A stretch of DNA of 64,000 bases, from NCBI GenBank assembly GCA_902557145.1, contig CACDYZ010000008.1:1580-65579 (forward strand). The letters run 5' to 3'. Numbering within the stretch: position 1 is the first letter of the stretch; every line of letters begins with the position of its first letter. This stretch comes from an uncultured Alphaproteobacteria bacterium (lineage in GTDB: Bacteria > Pseudomonadota > Alphaproteobacteria > HIMB59). The translations under genes and the position numbers were made by a program. The notes beneath the pieces are model-generated. The model made no database searches, was not told where the DNA came from, and saw nothing but the letters and a program-made list of their open reading frames with translations. This document shows positions 24,044 through 33,200 of this stretch, piece after piece.

Positions 24044-25078
24044 ATGAATAATATTGTAAATCCTGGATCTAGTCACGAAACAGATGTTGTCATAATTGGT
24101 GCTGGGCCTTGTGGTCTCTTCCAAGTATTTGAGCTGGGCCTTTTAGATATGAAATCTCATCTCATTGACAATTTAGACAAGATTGGTGGACAATGTGCTG
24201 AGCTTTATCCTGATAAAAACTTGTATGACATTCCAAGTAGACCAGCCATTACAGGTCAAGAATTAACTGATGATTTAATAAAACAAGCAGAACCCTTTAA
24301 CCCTACTTATCACCTGAACCAATTAACCTCGAAAATTGAAATTAATGAAAATGATATTTTGGTAGAAACAGATAAAGGTAGCTCAATTAAGTGCAAATCT
24401 GTTGTTATTGCTGCTGGAGCAGGTAGCTTTGTTCCAAGAAAACTTCCAGCAGAAGGTGCTAATCAATTAGAAAATAAAAATATTTTTTATTCAGTCAAAA
24501 AAAGAACAGACTTTCAAGACAAGAATATTTTAATTATTGGTGGGGGTGACTCTGCTCTGGATTATGTTATGGGATTTCAAGGTATTGCTAAAAAAGTATC
24601 ACTGATTCACAGAAGAAAAGAATTTAAAGGCGTTCAAGACTCAGTAAATAAAGTTATGTCGTTGGTAGATAAAGGGGAAGTAAATTTTAATATGGGAAGC
24701 CTTAAGAATGTTTCTCTTAATGAAAAAGGCAAAGTAACAGTCACTCTTGATGATGATAAAATAATTGACGACATTGATGCAATATTTCCATTTTTTGGTT
24801 TAAAAATAGAATTAGGACCAATCGCAGAGTGGGGATTAAACTTAGAAAAGAATCATATATCTGTTAACACTGAAAATTTTGAAACCTCGATACCAAGAAT
24901 TTTTGCTGTGGGAGATATTTGTATCTACCCAGGTAAGTTAAAATTGATATTAAGTGGTTTTCATGAAGCTGCACTCGCTGCAAAAAAAATGTTTGAGTAC
25001 TGTCATAGTGATAAAAAGTATGTTTTTAGATACACTACTTCATCAAGCGATTTACAAAAAAAATTAGGTGTGAAATAA
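24044..25078 (+). CDS. Thioredoxin-reductase-like ferredoxin-NADP+ reductase
   Basis: IGAGPCG, GGQCAELYPDK, GGGDSALD, HRR, YPGKLKLILSGFHEAA, YTTSS; no TrxB CxxC. Confidence 0.88.
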   Translation: MNNIVNPGSSHETDVVIIGAGPCGLFQVFELGLLDMKSHLIDNLDKIGGQCAELYPDKNLYDIPSRPAITGQELTDDLIKQAEPFNPTYHLNQLTSKIEINENDILVETDKGSSIKCKSVVIAAGAGSFVPRKLPAEGANQLENKNIFYSVKKRTDFQDKNILIIGGGDSALDYVMGFQGIAKKVSLIHRRKEFKGVQDSVNKVMSLVDKGEVNFNMGSLKNVSLNEKGKVTVTLDDDKIIDDIDAIFPFFGLKIELGPIAEWGLNLEKNHISVNTENFETSIPRIFAVGDICIYPGKLKLILSGFHEAALAAKKMFEYCHSDKKYVFRYTTSSSDLQKKLGVK

Positions 25079-25079
25079 T

Positions 25080-25304
25080 TCACTCAGACTTACAGTTTAA
25101 TTGTGGGTCACATAAAGGTTTGTTAGAACTCTTTTTACAACCACAAAAAAAAACAATTTCATCCTTAATGGCTTTATAAGGAACATTTGAATACCCAGTT
25201 ACTTTATGAGAGCCATCACAAAAAGGCTGATTTTTACTAAGACCACATGAACACCAATAATACTTTTTTCCTTTTTTAACAAATATTGCATAAGACTTAC
25301 CCAC
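25080..25304 (-). CDS. CDGSH iron-sulfur domain protein (tandem motifs)
   Basis: WCSCGLSKNQPFCDGSH and a second, variant motif FCGCKKSSNKPLCDPQ. Confidence 0.85.
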   Translation of the reverse strand: MGKSYAIFVKKGKKYYWCSCGLSKNQPFCDGSHKVTGYSNVPYKAIKDEIVFFCGCKKSSNKPLCDPQLNCKSE

Positions 25305-25335
25305 TAAGATATATTGATAATCATATTTTTTTATA

Positions 25336-26451
25336 TTAATAAATATTCTGTTTTTTTAGAATATGCTTATAAACTGTGGTTCTGGAGATATTTAATCTTC
25401 TAGAGACATCACTAACTTTTTTTCCAGATTGTTTATAAGTCTTTTGAATTAAAAGACATTGTTGTTCTCTAATCGGTGAACCATCACATTGGTCACAAGG
25501 TTCATAGGCCTTTGTTGATTTTTGATTATTATGTTGCCCAAAAGAAGAGGATTGTCTTTGAAATAATTTGATAAATACACTAGATCCCAATCTATCTCTT
25601 ATTTGAAGAGTTTTGTTGGAATTTAATTCATGAGCAATTTTTTGAAAGCTTGTATCAAAATAATCAGAAAAACTATCACTAGGATCTATCAAGATACCAC
25701 TTAACATTATTTTTGAATTTAAATTCATTCCCTCTATGAACCCTTCTTCATTGACTGCAATTAATCCTATGCTGTTCGTATGAAGATACTCACTACGAGG
25801 GTGAAAAGCATATATGTCTGCATATTGAAAAAAATTGAGAAATAATTTTTGCTCAATTGACTTAGCTGAAAGTTTTACTAGGGCTAATGTATGATCCTGT
25901 CTGGATGTGGCATCAGTTGATGCATCAATAATGCCTACAATATTTTGTTTATGATCAAAAATAGGATTTGCAAAACATGATAAATTACAATGTTCATCAT
26001 AAAAATGTTCATTACCAGCAACTATGGACGGTGTTTTTGTTTGAAGCGTTAAACCCAATCCATTTGTTCCACGAAATTCTTCTTTCCAAATTGATCCAGG
26101 AATGACTACTTTACGAGCCTTGCTGTTATAAAACTCATTATCATAAAGAGTGTCTAATACAACACCATCAGTGTTTGCAAACGCTACCATAAAATTTGTA
26201 CCTGCAATTTGTGAGTGCAGTAATTCCAACTCAGGTAAAATGAATTTCCGAACATCGCTAAATTTTTCCTGTGCTTCATTCAACTCTGAGTTACTTAAAA
26301 CAGCATCAACTGATTGATCTCGAGGATTAAGTCCATTCTCAAAACATCGAACCCAACTATCAACAATTTTTTTATCTGTGAAATCTAGAGATAAACCTCT
26401 ATGCTTTTCCAAAATTTTTGCTTGTTCCACTAATTGCCTATAGGACTGCAT
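25336..26451 (-). CDS. AcoR-like GAF/PAS + Fis-HTH transcriptional regulator lacking the AAA+ domain
   Basis: DSWVRC, W.EE.RGTNGLG, EHF...LSC.ANPIFD, C-terminal HTH SRRLNISRTTVYK; no Walker A or GAFTGA. Confidence 0.8.
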   Translation of the reverse strand: MQSYRQLVEQAKILEKHRGLSLDFTDKKIVDSWVRCFENGLNPRDQSVDAVLSNSELNEAQEKFSDVRKFILPELELLHSQIAGTNFMVAFANTDGVVLDTLYDNEFYNSKARKVVIPGSIWKEEFRGTNGLGLTLQTKTPSIVAGNEHFYDEHCNLSCFANPIFDHKQNIVGIIDASTDATSRQDHTLALVKLSAKSIEQKLFLNFFQYADIYAFHPRSEYLHTNSIGLIAVNEEGFIEGMNLNSKIMLSGILIDPSDSFSDYFDTSFQKIAHELNSNKTLQIRDRLGSSVFIKLFQRQSSSFGQHNNQKSTKAYEPCDQCDGSPIREQQCLLIQKTYKQSGKKVSDVSRRLNISRTTVYKHILKKQNIY

Positions 26452-26494
26452 GGGCCAAAGCTAACAATTTCACAGGATGAATACAACTTAAAGA

Positions 26495-26561
26495 TTGTTC
26501 AAAAAATGAACAAAAAAATAGTTTTTTCATTAAAAAAAGTAACATATGTCAAATTTGAACA
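26495..26561. promoter_or_regulatory. Candidate operator pair for the divergent GAF-HTH regulator
   Basis: Perfect inverted repeat TTGTTCA-N5-TGAACAA (26495-26513) and a second imperfect copy TGTCAAATTTGAACA (26547-26561), upstream of a TATAGT at 26580-26585. Confidence 0.6.
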
Positions 26562-26617
26562 TTGGAACTAAATCTAAATTATAGTTTAATAATTACATAA
26601 GAACCTAGGAGGAACTA

Positions 26618-27679
26618 ATGAAAGCTCAAGTATTACATAATTACGATCCTGATATGAAGCAGGAGGTTTGGGTAAAGGAAGAAGAGGTTCCAGATCCTAA
26701 ATTAGAAAAGGCCTCAGATGTCATAGTTAAGATTGGCGCTGCAGGAGTTTGTAGAACAGATTTACATGTTATAGAGGGAGAATGGAGACATATCCAAGAT
26801 CCTGATGATAAACTTTTACCCTGTGTCATGGGACATGAAAATGCAGGATGGATTGAAGAAGTTGGAAGTGACGTTGAGGGTTTTAAAAAAGGGGACTCAG
26901 TTATTCTCCATCCAATCATCTCTGGAACTAACGGTACTTGTCTTAGTTGTAGAAAAGGGTTAGACACTCATGCTGAAAATGGAATTTTTCCAGGACTTAA
27001 TGTAAAAGAGGGTGGCTACTCCGAATTATTAAAGACTAGTGTAAGAAATCTTATTAAGATACCAAATACTTTAACCCCAAAAGACGTAGCACCTTTCTCC
27101 GATGCAGGATTAACAGCCTATAGAGTTGCTAAAAAAGCAACTAGGCATCTTTTACCTGGAGAAAATTGTGTTGTGATTGGCGCTGGAGGTTTAGGTCACA
27201 TAGCCATTCAGTGTTTGAAGGCAATGTGCGCTGCCAACATAATTATTGTTGAAAAATCTGAAACTGCTCTAAAACATGCAATGCCTCTTGGTGGAGATCA
27301 CGGTGTCTTGATTGATGGCAATGAAGTGGAAAGAGTAATGGAGTTAACTAAAGGCCTAGGTGCAGAAGCTGTTATTGATATGGTGGGAGAAAAAGGCTCA
27401 ACTTCAATGGGGCTTAATATGACAAAAAACACTGGGTCTTATTATATAGTTGGATACGGAGAAGACATTAAAATCAAATCTGTTGATATGATTATCTCTG
27501 AGAGAAATATCATAGGAAATTTAATTGGTACGTGGTCTGAGCTTTATGAACTAATGGAGTTAGCGAATAAAGACTTAGTTAGGTTATCTATGCAGGAGTA
27601 TAAGCTAAGTGAAGCTAATAAGGCCTTGCACGATCTTAATAGCGGTTTAGTTAAAGGTAGAGCCGTTTTAGTACCATAA
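26618..27679 (+). CDS. Zn-dependent NAD(P) alcohol dehydrogenase (MDR family)
   Basis: AGVCRTDLH, GHENAG, DAGLTAY, GAGGLG, GRAVLVP; SD AGGAGG. Confidence 0.9.
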   Translation: MKAQVLHNYDPDMKQEVWVKEEEVPDPKLEKASDVIVKIGAAGVCRTDLHVIEGEWRHIQDPDDKLLPCVMGHENAGWIEEVGSDVEGFKKGDSVILHPIISGTNGTCLSCRKGLDTHAENGIFPGLNVKEGGYSELLKTSVRNLIKIPNTLTPKDVAPFSDAGLTAYRVAKKATRHLLPGENCVVIGAGGLGHIAIQCLKAMCAANIIIVEKSETALKHAMPLGGDHGVLIDGNEVERVMELTKGLGAEAVIDMVGEKGSTSMGLNMTKNTGSYYIVGYGEDIKIKSVDMIISERNIIGNLIGTWSELYELMELANKDLVRLSMQEYKLSEANKALHDLNSGLVKGRAVLVP

Positions 27680-27738
27680 AAAGTTTGTTACCAGATTAAG
27701 TTCTGAGCAAAATACGAAGTATTAAGGGAGGGAAATAA

Positions 27739-29265
27739 ATGAAACTTAAAACTTTGATAAGCGCCTTGGCGTCTGTCCTCTTGATTGGCAGCCAGGTTGC
27801 ACATGCAGATAAGTGGGGAGATCAGTTTCCACATATTGCAGCAACAGGAGACATTCCTGGAATGTGTTCATATGAATCTATGTCAAAAAAAGACTATAGT
27901 GGAAGAACACTTACTATTAACACACACGCGATACCTGTTATGGGTGAGCCAACAGCTCTTCACGCTGAGCAGTTCGAAAAATTAACAGGTGCCAAAGTAG
28001 AAGTAACACATACTCCTGCTGGAGACCTATACTCAAAGGCAATGGTTCCTTTCCAAGCTGGTCAGGCTCCTTATGATATTGTTTTTGGTTTTTCAAACTT
28101 CATCAATGACTGGAAAAGATATTTAGCTCCAGTACCACAAGAGTATGTTGACCAAATGGAAGGCGTTTCAGCTTCACATAAAGCGATCGCCTCATGGGAT
28201 GGTGTTATGTACCAATATCCTGTTGATGGTGACAGACACTATTTGAAATACAGAAAAGACGTTATCGATAATCCTGAGATGCAAGCTAAATATAAAGCAG
28301 ACACAGGTAACGAATTAAAAGTACCAACAACTTGGAAAGAGTATGGGGAAATGGCTTCTTACTTTAATGGTTGGGACTGGGATGGCGATGGAGAACCAGA
28401 ATACGGCTCTGCTGAGGTTATGAAAAAAGATGATCTTATGTATGCTGCATTCTACTCTCGATCTGTAGCTTATGCTAAAAATCCTAGCACACCTGGTGGC
28501 TTCTTTTTTGATTTAGAAACTATGGAGCCTCTAATCAATAATCCTGGTTTCGTTGAAGCTTTAACTGATTGGGTTGATGCTGTTAATTATGTTCCTCCTG
28601 GAGGAATTAACTTTGGTCTCGGTGATGAAATTAATTCATTTGGCGGAGGTCAGACTTTATTCAGCTTTTCATGGGACGATGCTTTTGTTGCAGCAATGCA
28701 ACCTGATAGTCCAATTTCAAATCAAGTAGGTGCCGCTCAGCTTCCTGGCGCTGATAAAGTTTGGAACAGAGAGAACGGAATGTGGGACGCTAAGTCTAAT
28801 CAAGCTCCTTTCTTTGTTTGGGGATGGGCAGTTGGTGTTGCCGGTAAATCAGATAACAAAGACGTTGCCTTTGATTATCTTTGCTTCTTTGCAAATGGCG
28901 CTAACCACCAAGCAGACATCGGAATTGGCCGATTTGGTGTAAATCCATTTATGGAAGAGGACTTTAAAGCTGATGTTTGGACACAAATTGGCTGGGACAA
29001 AGATATTGCTCAATCATATGTTGAAACACTGGCTGATATGGAAAAAAGTACTAATAGAGTATTTCCATTAAGAGTTCCTGGAACTTTCGAGTTCAACAGT
29101 GCTTTAGCAACTGGTACTGCAAAAGCTTTAGCAGGTCAATTATCTCCACAAGCTGCACTTGACGAAGTATATGCTGAATGGGTAGCAATTCTTGAAAGAG
29201 TTGGTGCTGATAACGTAAGAGATGCATATGCAGTCGGTGTAAAAATGGAAGATAACGAATTATAA
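27739..29265 (+). CDS. ABC transporter substrate-binding protein (carbohydrate/polyol family)
   Basis: Signal peptide ending AHA, YP.DGD..YLKYRKD, P.TW.EY, GELS-like C-terminus (GQLSPQAALD); strong SD. Confidence 0.9.
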   Translation: MKLKTLISALASVLLIGSQVAHADKWGDQFPHIAATGDIPGMCSYESMSKKDYSGRTLTINTHAIPVMGEPTALHAEQFEKLTGAKVEVTHTPAGDLYSKAMVPFQAGQAPYDIVFGFSNFINDWKRYLAPVPQEYVDQMEGVSASHKAIASWDGVMYQYPVDGDRHYLKYRKDVIDNPEMQAKYKADTGNELKVPTTWKEYGEMASYFNGWDWDGDGEPEYGSAEVMKKDDLMYAAFYSRSVAYAKNPSTPGGFFFDLETMEPLINNPGFVEALTDWVDAVNYVPPGGINFGLGDEINSFGGGQTLFSFSWDDAFVAAMQPDSPISNQVGAAQLPGADKVWNRENGMWDAKSNQAPFFVWGWAVGVAGKSDNKDVAFDYLCFFANGANHQADIGIGRFGVNPFMEEDFKADVWTQIGWDKDIAQSYVETLADMEKSTNRVFPLRVPGTFEFNSALATGTAKALAGQLSPQAALDEVYAEWVAILERVGADNVRDAYAVGVKMEDNEL

Positions 29266-29277
29266 AATACTTAATTT

Positions 29278-29307
29278 AGTGATCGCTCATAAAATTGAGC
29301 GATCACT
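29278..29307 (+). terminator. Intra-operonic stem-loop after the SBP gene (mRNA stabiliser or partial terminator)
   Basis: Perfect 12-bp stem AGTGATCGCTCA-TAAAAT-TGAGCGATCACT. Confidence 0.75.
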
Positions 29308-29339
29308 TCAAAGACTAATTTTTTTATACTAATAGCTGA

Positions 29340-30203
29340 ATGAACTTTAAACATAAATATGTATTTTTACTTCCGGGTTTAATTGTTTTAATCGGCATCT
29401 TAATATTTCCCATTATTTTCACTGTAAGATTGAGTTTATCAGGATGGAATAGCTTTAATCCAGGATTAGACTTTATAGGTTTTAAAAATTATGTTCGGTT
29501 ATTTACTGACGATCCTCGTTTTTGGCAGTCTTTCTTTAGATTAAGCTTTTTAGCTATCACAACAGTTTTTCTTCAATACATAATTGGCTTTGCTTTAGCT
29601 CATATGGTCTGGAAAGATATTAAATTTAAAAGATTCTTCAGAGTTTTATTTCTTATTCCCATGATGACTACCCCAGTAATTATGACTGTTATTTGGAGAA
29701 CTTTTTTTCATGAGTCTTTAGGCCCTTTAAATGATTTTTTAAGTATTTTTGGAGTGCAACCCCCATGGCTTTCAAGTCCTAGTTTAGCGAAAGTTTCAAT
29801 TATTGTTGTGGAAGTTTGGCAGTGGACTTCATTCATGTTTTTATTAATGTTAGCGGGGCTTCTAAGTTTACCTAAAGAACCCTTTTTAGCTGCTGCTGTT
29901 GATGGTGCTAGCCCTTTTAAAAAATTTATTTATGTCACCTTTCCACTTATGGCGCCTATTTCTATTGGAGCAATTATAATTAGACTTATTGAAGCTTCTA
30001 AAATCATGGATACTGTCTTCGTTTTGACAAGTGGTGGCCCAGGAACATCAACTGAGACATCTAGTTTTTTTATTTTTATAAAGGGACTAAGAGAATTTCA
30101 AATGGGATATGCGGCAACAGCTTCTTTTACATACCTCATTATTATGATCATAAGTCTTACAATTATTGTTAAAGTTCTAACTAAGGTATTAATGAGAGAG
30201 TAA
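29340..30203 (+). CDS. Carbohydrate ABC transporter permease (MalF-like)
   Basis: FIGFKNY, WQWTSF, EAA-like loop AAAVDGAS, LTSGGPG. Confidence 0.92.
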   Translation: MNFKHKYVFLLPGLIVLIGILIFPIIFTVRLSLSGWNSFNPGLDFIGFKNYVRLFTDDPRFWQSFFRLSFLAITTVFLQYIIGFALAHMVWKDIKFKRFFRVLFLIPMMTTPVIMTVIWRTFFHESLGPLNDFLSIFGVQPPWLSSPSLAKVSIIVVEVWQWTSFMFLLMLAGLLSLPKEPFLAAAVDGASPFKKFIYVTFPLMAPISIGAIIIRLIEASKIMDTVFVLTSGGPGTSTETSSFFIFIKGLREFQMGYAATASFTYLIIMIISLTIIVKVLTKVLMRE

Positions 30204-30205
30204 AA

Positions 30206-31054
30206 ATGCCCAAGTTATATACATTTTTGAAATATTTTTTTGTCATACTGTGGGCTTGCTTTGTTATAGCTCCTTTTCTCTGGGCAATTTCAACCTCATT
30301 TAAAGATTTTAATTCAGTAACTGGAGGTGCAACTTATATTCCATGGCTACAGTTTGAACCCACATTAGATGGATGGAGTGTCTTATTTAAGCCTGGCTCG
30401 CAAGGTGGTATCAACATTATTGGCCCATACTTTAATAGTATTTTTGTAACACTTACGGCAAGTCTGATTAGTATTGTGTTGGGCACACTAGCTGCCTATG
30501 CTCTGTCTCGTTACACTTTCAAAGCTGGATTTGTAAAAAACAATGACATTACTTTTTTCTTTATTTCGCAAAGAATTATGCCACCTGTCGTATTGTCAAT
30601 TCCCTTTTTCCTTTTTTTAAGTACTTTGGGTCTTCTCGATAGTCTTGCTGGTTTAATTCTAGTTTACATTGTTTTATTAATGCCAATCGCTGTTTGGATT
30701 ATGGTTGACTTTTTTAATCGTGTTCCAAAGGAAATTGATGAGACAGCTTTAATTGATGGATGTAATCCTTTCCAAGCTTTTTTTAAAGTAGTGCTCCCTA
30801 ATTCTGTTCCAGGTATGTTAGTAGCTGGCTTATTTTGTATAATTTTTGGTTGGATTGATTTTTTCTTTGCATTTATTTTAACTTTTACAAAAGTACAACT
30901 ACTCCCAGTTAAAATCGTAGCCTTAAATTCCTCAATTACACCTTGGTGGAGTTTATCTGCAGCAGCATTAGTATCTGTTGCACCATTAATAATAGTAGCA
31001 TTTATCGTAGAACGTTATTTATCTAAGGGTAATTTATCAGGAGCTCTAAAATAG
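30206..31054 (+). CDS. Carbohydrate ABC transporter permease (MalG-like)
   Basis: NS......AAYALSR, EIDETALIDGC loop; hydrophobic. Confidence 0.92.
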   Translation: MPKLYTFLKYFFVILWACFVIAPFLWAISTSFKDFNSVTGGATYIPWLQFEPTLDGWSVLFKPGSQGGINIIGPYFNSIFVTLTASLISIVLGTLAAYALSRYTFKAGFVKNNDITFFFISQRIMPPVVLSIPFFLFLSTLGLLDSLAGLILVYIVLLMPIAVWIMVDFFNRVPKEIDETALIDGCNPFQAFFKVVLPNSVPGMLVAGLFCIIFGWIDFFFAFILTFTKVQLLPVKIVALNSSITPWWSLSAAALVSVAPLIIVAFIVERYLSKGNLSGALK

Positions 31055-32127
31055 TGTCATTATTAATTGACCATATTTCTTTTAAGCCAACTGAAGAATA
31101 TCATCTAAACGACGTTACTCTTAATTTTAATCCTGGAAAGATGTATACCATTTTAGGGAGAACTTTATCTGGCAAAACTACACTTTTAAAAACTATAGCT
31201 GGACTACAAACGCCTGACTCAGGGTCTATTAATTTTGAAGGAGCAGATTTTTTATCTGTCCCAGTTTGGAATAGAAATGTAGCTATGGTTTATCAGCAAT
31301 TTATAAATTACCCCCATTTAAATGTCATAGAAAATATCGCATTTCCTCTAAAACAAAGAAAAATGGAAGAAAATTTAATTGAAAAAGAGGTCAAAGAAGC
31401 CATGGAGAAAGTGGGTTTAATTGGTTTTGAGTTAAGAAAAATTCAAGAATTATCAGGCGGCCAACAACAAAGAGTGGCCTTAGCAAGGTCGCTAGCCAAA
31501 AAAGCTAAAATACTTCTATTGGATGAGCCACTAGTTAATCTTGACTATAAATTAAGGGAGGGTCTTAGAGAGGAATTTAAAAAACTTTTTAGTGGATCTG
31601 AGGCTTCAAACTCAATTTTAATTTATGCAAGTACAGACCCTTTAGAGGCTATGCAGCTCAATGGAGACATCATTGTTATTGATGAGGGTAAAGTACTTCA
31701 AACTGGTTCAGCTAAAGATGTTTTTGAAAATCCTGCCACAGCTAAAGTTGCAGAAATAACTAATGACCCTGCGATGAATATAAATAAAGGCCATATACAA
31801 GATAATACTCTTGTCATGAACAACAATGTTCAAATTCAAATCCCCGATCAACTTAAATCAATTCCTAATGGCGACTACCAAGTAGGTATAAGAGCCACAG
31901 ATTTATATTTAGACGATAATGGATTTAGCTTTGATGTAGAAATCTCTGAGATTTCAGGATCTGAGACCTTCCTTCATTTACGAAATAACGATTTGAAATG
32001 TGTTGCAACTATAGAAGAGGTAAAAACATATGAAGCTAATGAAGTTGTTAAAATAAATTTTGATAAGTCAAAAATTTATTTATTTAAGGAGACAGGAGAA
32101 CTATTACACTCTCCCTATCAGCAATAA
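31054..32127 (+). CDS. ABC ATP-binding protein, GlpS-like
   Basis: GRTLSGKTT, VAMVYQQFINYP, LSGGQQQR, LLDEPLVNLDYKLRE. Confidence 0.85.
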   Translation: MSLLIDHISFKPTEEYHLNDVTLNFNPGKMYTILGRTLSGKTTLLKTIAGLQTPDSGSINFEGADFLSVPVWNRNVAMVYQQFINYPHLNVIENIAFPLKQRKMEENLIEKEVKEAMEKVGLIGFELRKIQELSGGQQQRVALARSLAKKAKILLLDEPLVNLDYKLREGLREEFKKLFSGSEASNSILIYASTDPLEAMQLNGDIIVIDEGKVLQTGSAKDVFENPATAKVAEITNDPAMNINKGHIQDNTLVMNNNVQIQIPDQLKSIPNGDYQVGIRATDLYLDDNGFSFDVEISEISGSETFLHLRNNDLKCVATIEEVKTYEANEVVKINFDKSKIYLFKETGELLHSPYQQ

Positions 32128-33200
32128 TGGCAAAAATAGTTTTAGATAACATTGCACATTCTTATGACCCTAATGCAAGTAACCCAGTATTTGCTCTTAA
32201 ACAAATGTCTCTTTCTTGGGCTGATGGAGGACGGTATGCATTATTAGGACCGTCTGGATGTGGAAAGACAACAATGTTAAATATCATGAGCGGCCTAGTG
32301 ACCCCTTCGCATGGAAAAGTTTTTTTTGATCAAAGTGAAGTAACACGTATGATTACTGAAGAGAGAAATATTGCTCAAGTCTTTCAATTCCCTGTTATTT
32401 ACGGAACTATGACCGTTTATGAAAATCTTGCATTCCCCTTAAAATGTCGACAATTTCCAGAGGACCAAATAGACAAAAAAGTCAAAGAGGTCTCAGAAAT
32501 ATTGAATTTACATAACTTTTTGGACAATCGAGCAAAAGGATTAACTGCTGATCAAAAGCAACTAATCTCACTTGGAAGAGGTTTAGTTAGAGAAGATGTT
32601 GCTGCGATATTAATGGATGAACCATTAACAGTGATTGACCCTGATTTAAAATTTCGTCTAAGAAGAAAGCTAAAAGAGATTAATGATAAATATAAGACGA
32701 CATTGATTTATGTAACCCACGATCAAAATGAGGCTATGACATTTGCAGATAATATTATTGTTATGGATCAAGGCGAGGTTGTTCAAGCAGGATCACCCAA
32801 GGACCTTTTCGAGAGACCGCAAACAACATTTGTTGGGTATTTTATTGGATCTCCTGCAATGAATTTATATGAATGTTCCGCAACCTCAGAAAATCAAATT
32901 TCCATTGGTTCTAATTCATTTAAAGTTCATACTAATATCAATAATACTGACTCAAAAGATTTAAAATTAGGAATTCGCTCAGAATATATTACAGTTGAAA
33001 GTAAACTAAGCGATAATTCATTAGAAGCAGATATAATCGAGGTCGAAGATTTTGGAAACTATAAACTAATTACTGCATCATTTGACTCAGTAAAAATAAA
33101 AGCAAAAGTTAAAAGAGAATTAGATATACCATCAGAAAAAGTTATCCTTAAGCTACCCGCAGAACATTGCTGTATATATGAAGATAATAAACTTATCTAA
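32127..33200 (+). CDS. ABC ATP-binding protein, GlpT-like
   Basis: GPSGCGKTT, IAQVFQFPVIY, degenerate signature LTADQKQLISLGRGL, DEPLTVIDP. Confidence 0.85.
   Translation: MAKIVLDNIAHSYDPNASNPVFALKQMSLSWADGGRYALLGPSGCGKTTMLNIMSGLVTPSHGKVFFDQSEVTRMITEERNIAQVFQFPVIYGTMTVYENLAFPLKCRQFPEDQIDKKVKEVSEILNLHNFLDNRAKGLTADQKQLISLGRGLVREDVAAILMDEPLTVIDPDLKFRLRRKLKEINDKYKTTLIYVTHDQNEAMTFADNIIVMDQGEVVQAGSPKDLFERPQTTFVGYFIGSPAMNLYECSATSENQISIGSNSFKVHTNINNTDSKDLKLGIRSEYITVESKLSDNSLEADIIEVEDFGNYKLITASFDSVKIKAKVKRELDIPSEKVILKLPAEHCCIYEDNKLI

Noticed and set aside
26562-26580. Functional sigma54 promoter (TGGAAC)
   Set aside because: The -12 GC element is missing and the adjacent regulator lacks the AAA+ domain.
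27739-33200. Calling the importer a canonical glycerol transporter (glpSTPQUV)
   Set aside because: Only the ATPases look Glp-like. Gene order, SBP and permeases differ, and glpK/glpD are absent from the window.
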